Shown: piece after piece, positions 60,375 to 64,000 of the stretch
Layout of the letters: every line of letters begins with the position of its first letter
Numbering within the stretch: position 1 is the stretch's first letter
DNA from: Elusimicrobiota bacterium
GTDB lineage: Bacteria; Elusimicrobiota; Elusimicrobia; UBA1565
NCBI GenBank assembly: GCA_043827405.1
Contig: JBDRPD010000025.1
Location: 24,238 to 88,237 of the forward strand
Reading direction: 5' to 3'
Length of the DNA: 64,000 bases
Translations under genes and position numbers: made by a program
Notes under the pieces: generated by a model
Told to the model about the DNA's origin: nothing
The model's database searches: none
The model's input: only the letters and a program-made list of their open reading frames with translations

Positions 60375-60995
60375 CTACGCGGACCGCAGATGCGAGAGGA
60401 TCAGCCGGGACAAGGTTTCCGTCGCCGTCAGCAAATCCTGGACCTGCTTCTTGAAGTAGTTATAACTGATGACGCAGGGGATGGCAACGAACAGCCCCAC
60501 CGCGGTAGCGATCAAGGCTTCGGAAAGCCCCGCCATCACCACCTCCGGACCGGCCGAGCTGTGCCGCGCCAGGTCATGAAAAGCGCGGATCACCCCCAAC
60601 ACCGTACCGAACAGGCCGACAAACGGCGCGTTGTTGCCCAGGGTCCCGAGGACCAGCAGGCGCTTCTCCAAAAAACGACGTTCCTCCAGGCTCGCCGCGA
60701 CGAAGCGGTGCTCGGCGGAAGCCGGTCCCCGGCCGATCGACAGCAGCCCCGAACGGAGAATGCGGCTCACCGCGCCGGGCGAAGACTGCAGCAGCTTGTC
60801 GGCCGCTTCCAGCTTGTCCGCGTCGATCAGCTCGAGCAGCTTGCCGCGCAGGCCCGCCAGCAGTAAATCTTCCCGGCGCAGGACCAGCGCGCGCTCGATA
60901 ATGATCGCAAGCGCGAAGACCGAAGCCAGAAGCAGCCCCCAGATGACCCAGTCGCCCCCGGTCAGCGCGAACGCTTTGATAATCCCAAGTCCCAT
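60375..60995 (-). CDS. exbB: ExbB/TolQ/MotA proton channel
   Basis: APFVGLFGTVLGVI, EALIATAVGL. Confidence 0.92.
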   Translation of the reverse strand: MGLGIIKAFALTGGDWVIWGLLLASVFALAIIIERALVLRREDLLLAGLRGKLLELIDADKLEAADKLLQSSPGAVSRILRSGLLSIGRGPASAEHRFVAASLEERRFLEKRLLVLGTLGNNAPFVGLFGTVLGVIRAFHDLARHSSAGPEVVMAGLSEALIATAVGLFVAIPCVISYNYFKKQVQDLLTATETLSRLILSHLRSA

Positions 60996-61001
60996 GGCCG
61001 C

Positions 61002-61820
61002 CTACTCGCTGTCCTTGAATTTTTTCAGGCGCAGCAGCGCCCCGGCCAGCTCCGCGCGCACGATCGGGTCCGGCTCACCGATCAGCCGGCTCTGCAGCAG
61101 CCGGTACTCGAAGCCTTCGCCGAGCTCGCCGATATAGCGCGTGGCCAGCGCGCGGATAAACCAGTCGTTGTGACTCGCATAGTCGCGCAGGATCTGCCGG
61201 CTCAGCTCGAAGCCGAGCTCCTTGCGCCGCCAGTCCGCGGCCGAGGCGATGACGCGCAGGATGAAGCTCTGGTCGTCGTGCGCGGCCTGGCGCACCCGGT
61301 CGCGGGCGGGCACGCTGTCGAGCAGCAGCAGGGCCTCGAGCGCGCCCAAGCGGACGGTAAAATTCTCATCGACGATCGCGTCCTGGGCCGGGCCGAGGAA
61401 CATCTCGTTTTTGGTATAGCCCAGCGCGACGAGCGCGGCCGCCCGCAGCTGCGGATTCTCGCCGGTCCGGGTCACATCACGCAGGGCGTTCTGCAGGGGA
61501 ACATCCTTAACGCCGGCGAGACCTTCAAGCAGCAGGAAGCTCAGCTCCGTATAGCGCGTCTTGAGCTTGTGGCCGCGCTGGGTCACCAGCTTGCTGAGAT
61601 TGGCGAGCGAGGAGTCGTTCGGGTCCGGCCGCAGACCCTTGGACTGCAGCAGCCGTAAAAGCGTCGCGTTGACCCGGGGATCGATCCGGTACTGATCCGG
61701 TATTTTTTCGCGCGGCGCGGTGATGACGATCGGGTCGAGCTCGAAATACAACGACGGCACGCCTTGCGCGGCGGCGGAAACCGCGAGGGACCCCGCGACG
61801 AGGAGGAGCGCGGCGCGCAT
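61002..61820 (-). CDS. Exported HEAT-repeat protein with N-terminal TonB-box-like motif
   Basis: Signal peptide (AAAQ), LDPIVITA, HEAT-like repeats (LRAAALVALG, VRLGALEAL, IRALATRYIG). Confidence 0.78.
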   Translation of the reverse strand: MRAALLLVAGSLAVSAAAQGVPSLYFELDPIVITAPREKIPDQYRIDPRVNATLLRLLQSKGLRPDPNDSSLANLSKLVTQRGHKLKTRYTELSFLLLEGLAGVKDVPLQNALRDVTRTGENPQLRAAALVALGYTKNEMFLGPAQDAIVDENFTVRLGALEALLLLDSVPARDRVRQAAHDDQSFILRVIASAADWRRKELGFELSRQILRDYASHNDWFIRALATRYIGELGEGFEYRLLQSRLIGEPDPIVRAELAGALLRLKKFKDSE

Positions 61821-62686
61821 CACGGCTCCTCCGACTTGGGGAAAAGTTTGAGCGCGGCGATCGCGTACTCGGCGAGAATAAAAGGATCCTTCTCCGTGTC
61901 CAGCAGGCGGACGAAGGTATGATAATCCTTCCCCTCGCCGAAATCCCCGAGGTAGCGCGCGGCGTTGGCCCGGACCAGCCAGTTCTGGCTGCCGAGGAAA
62001 TCGCGCAGCTTGTCGAGACCCGACGTATCGCCCAGCCGCGCCAGCGCCTGGGCGCAAAAGACCCGCAGCACCGGCTCGATGTCATTTTGCCAGGCCACCG
62101 TTAACAGCGGCAGCGCCTTCTGCCTGAGCTCGGCGGCGTGCTTCCCGCCGTCGGCCCAGACCATCAAGGCCTCCAGCGTGCCGAAGCGAATCGCGGGATG
62201 ATTATGCGCCACCGCTTCATGAAACACCGCATAGTCCTCAGGGTTGTGGAACCTGGCCAGGCCGATCAGGGCGGTGGTGCGCACCTCGGGCTCCCGGGCC
62301 CAGCGCGCCATCTCCACCAGCCTCTTGCGCAGCGCCTCATCGGGATCGCGGGCCAGCGCCTCGGCGACGGCAACGCCGGGATTCAAATAGCGGTTGCGCA
62401 GCTGATAGCCGATCGGAGAGCCCACTTTTAGAATCTCACAGAACGCCGCCGGGGTCGCGCTCTCGTCGCATAGCCCGATATCCGGCTTGATTTTGTCGAC
62501 GCGTTCCAGAACGTCGACCAAGGCGTTGAGTATTTGGGGATCGGTCTCAGATAAAGATTTCGGCGGGGGCGGCGCGCCGGGGAGAAAAATCGGCGCGTTC
62601 GGATCGACCGGCAATTCCACGCAGCCCAGGCATAGCCCGAGAGCGGCCGCGCCCGCCAGCAAATAGTACTGTGTCTTTCTAGCCAT
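61820..62686 (-). CDS. HEAT-repeat lipoprotein
   Basis: Lipobox-like CLGC; repeats VRTTALIGL, IRFGTLEAL, VRANAARYLG. Confidence 0.78.
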   Translation of the reverse strand: MARKTQYYLLAGAAALGLCLGCVELPVDPNAPIFLPGAPPPPKSLSETDPQILNALVDVLERVDKIKPDIGLCDESATPAAFCEILKVGSPIGYQLRNRYLNPGVAVAEALARDPDEALRKRLVEMARWAREPEVRTTALIGLARFHNPEDYAVFHEAVAHNHPAIRFGTLEALMVWADGGKHAAELRQKALPLLTVAWQNDIEPVLRVFCAQALARLGDTSGLDKLRDFLGSQNWLVRANAARYLGDFGEGKDYHTFVRLLDTEKDPFILAEYAIAALKLFPKSEEP

Positions 62687-62762
62687 TTTGTCGACCGAAT
62701 GAGATTATAGATAGTTCCCTATACCGTGCACAATATCAACATTTCATATACTGGATTTCGTC

Positions 62763-63488
62763 ATGACGGACGATCTGAAGATAGCGCACGAGAAACTCGC
62801 CTCGGCCCGACGCCCCTGCGCCTTGGCCGGGGCCGGACTTTCCGCGGAAAGCGGCGTCCCCACCTTCCGCGGCGCGCAAGGACTGTGGAAGCGCTACCGG
62901 CCCGAAGAGCTCGCCTCGCCGGCGGCTTTCGCCCGGGACCCGAAGCTCGTCTGGGAGTGGTACGACTGGCGCCGGGGGCTTATCGCCGAGACCGCGCCCA
63001 ATCCGGGACACCGGGCGCTGGCCGAGATCGAAAAACGCTGCCCCGACTTTTGGCTGATCACGCAAAACGTCGACGGGTTGAGCCGGCTGGCCGGGAGCCG
63101 GCGCGCGCTGGAGCTGCACGGCAATATCTGGCGCCTGCGCTGCACCGGCTGCGCCGAGTCCCGGGAGGACCGGCGGACGCCGCTGCCCGAACTTCCACCG
63201 ATCTGCGAAAAGTGCTCGAGCCTGCTGCGCCCGGACATCGTATGGTTCGGAGAGAGCCTCCCCCCCGAGGTGATAGGGCAAGCGTTCACCGCCGCGCGGG
63301 AGGCCGATCTGTTTTTGGTCATCGGAACAGCCGGCGCGGTTGAGCCGGCCGCCTCGCTCGCCCGCCTCGCCAAAGCCAACGGCGCCTATGTCGTCGAAAT
63401 CAACCCCGACGAAACATCGCTGAGCGCGGTATGCGACCTGGCGCTGCGGGGCAAGTCGGGCGAAATCCTTCCGCGCCTGCTTGATTGA
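62763..63488 (+). CDS. cobB: NAD-dependent protein deacylase (class III sirtuin)
   Basis: GAGLSAESGVPTFR, YDWR (YxxR), TQNVDGL, ELHG, Zn cysteines, RPDIVWFGE. Confidence 0.93.
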   Translation: MTDDLKIAHEKLASARRPCALAGAGLSAESGVPTFRGAQGLWKRYRPEELASPAAFARDPKLVWEWYDWRRGLIAETAPNPGHRALAEIEKRCPDFWLITQNVDGLSRLAGSRRALELHGNIWRLRCTGCAESREDRRTPLPELPPICEKCSSLLRPDIVWFGESLPPEVIGQAFTAAREADLFLVIGTAGAVEPAASLARLAKANGAYVVEINPDETSLSAVCDLALRGKSGEILPRLLD

Positions 63489-63514
63489 CACCCCCGATGC
63501 ATTTTCTCTATAAT
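63485..63514 (+). promoter_or_regulatory. Sigma70 promoter of the tRNA-tuf operon
   Basis: TTGACA-18-TATAAT. Confidence 0.8.
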
Positions 63515-63623
63515 ATCCTTAGTTATCCGGCCTTTTCGGGTTTTCTACACGGGATACGGCCCTGGGTTGATCCTCTCCGGAGGGTTATCTAGAGTCGTTT
63601 TCATTTAAGGGCTGGCTGTTTTC

Positions 63624-63697
63624 GCGGGCGTAGTTCAATGGTAGAACACGAGCCTTCCAAGCTCGATACGTGGGTTCGATTCCCATCGCCCGCTCCA
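63624..63697 (+). tRNA. tRNA-Gly(TCC)
   Basis: Full cloverleaf, loop CTTCCAA context, encoded CCA. Confidence 0.96.
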
Positions 63698-63717
63698 TTG
63701 AGCAGGACCGTGTTTTC

Positions 63718-63790
63718 GCTGAGGTAGCTCAGCTGGTAGAGCATCTCCATGGTAAGGAGAAGGTCGTGGGTTCGATCCCCATCCTCAGCT
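63718..63790 (+). tRNA. tRNA-Thr(GGT)
   Basis: Full cloverleaf, anticodon loop ATGGTAA; canonical Gly-Thr-tuf order. Confidence 0.95.
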
Positions 63791-63872
63791 AAGATTTCGT
63801 GCAATGCCGTAATTTGGTAGGATCAAACTGAATTATTTGAACCAGCACCGAAGGTTCACATAGGAGACAGCT

Positions 63873-64000
63873 ATGGCGAAGGAAAAATTTAACCGCACCA
63901 AACCGCACGTAAACATCGGGACGATTGGTCACGTAGACCACGGCAAGACGACGCTGACGGCGGCGATCACCTCGGTGATGGCGAAGAAGGGCTTGGCGAA
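63873..64000 (+). CDS. tuf: Elongation factor Tu (5' part)
   Basis: [41 protein letters not shown]. Confidence 0.98.
   Translation, partial: MAKEKFNRTKPHVNIGTIGHVDHGKTTLTAAITSVMAKKGLA

Noticed and set aside
63515..63623. Possible extra tRNA (Thr/Tyr) ahead of tRNA-Gly
   Set aside because: No cloverleaf or TTC T-loop; appears to be leader sequence
63718..63790. Purine at position 32 of tRNA-Thr(GGT)
   Set aside because: ATGGTAA loops occur in other bacterial tRNA-Thr(GGT); not unusual

Overview
GC-rich bacterial chromosome segment. The lineage cannot be fixed from sequence alone; the gene content suggests a diderm, facultatively aerobic organism. Left to right: a c-di-AMP module (DacA-YbbR fusion plus DHH phosphoesterase) running into glycogen phosphorylase; aconitase A and small housekeeping genes; a decayed ~2.2 kb integrative element at tRNA-Ser(TGA) that duplicates the 5' half of the tRNA and keeps an intact MNT-HEPN pair; a 13 kb alternative complex III plus A2-type heme-copper oxidase operon with an upstream metal-binding module; a secreted caspase-like protein, MscS and hcp under an FNR-type box; a candidate ~177 nt structured ncRNA; cysK-cysE-DUF362-polyferredoxin; a RaSEA-like radical SAM protein; murU/amgK-like genes; a dense signalling island with an orphan PilT and REC-PilB operon flanked by mirror-image regulator pairs; an ExbB-ExbD-TonB operon with no adjacent TonB-dependent transporter but two paralogous HEAT-repeat envelope proteins, one with a TonB-box-like motif; then cobB, tRNA-Gly, tRNA-Thr and the start of tuf. 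The best candidates for undescribed systems are the HEAT/TonB operon, the ncRNA with its divergent basic protein, and the REC-PilB/PilT signalling cassette.
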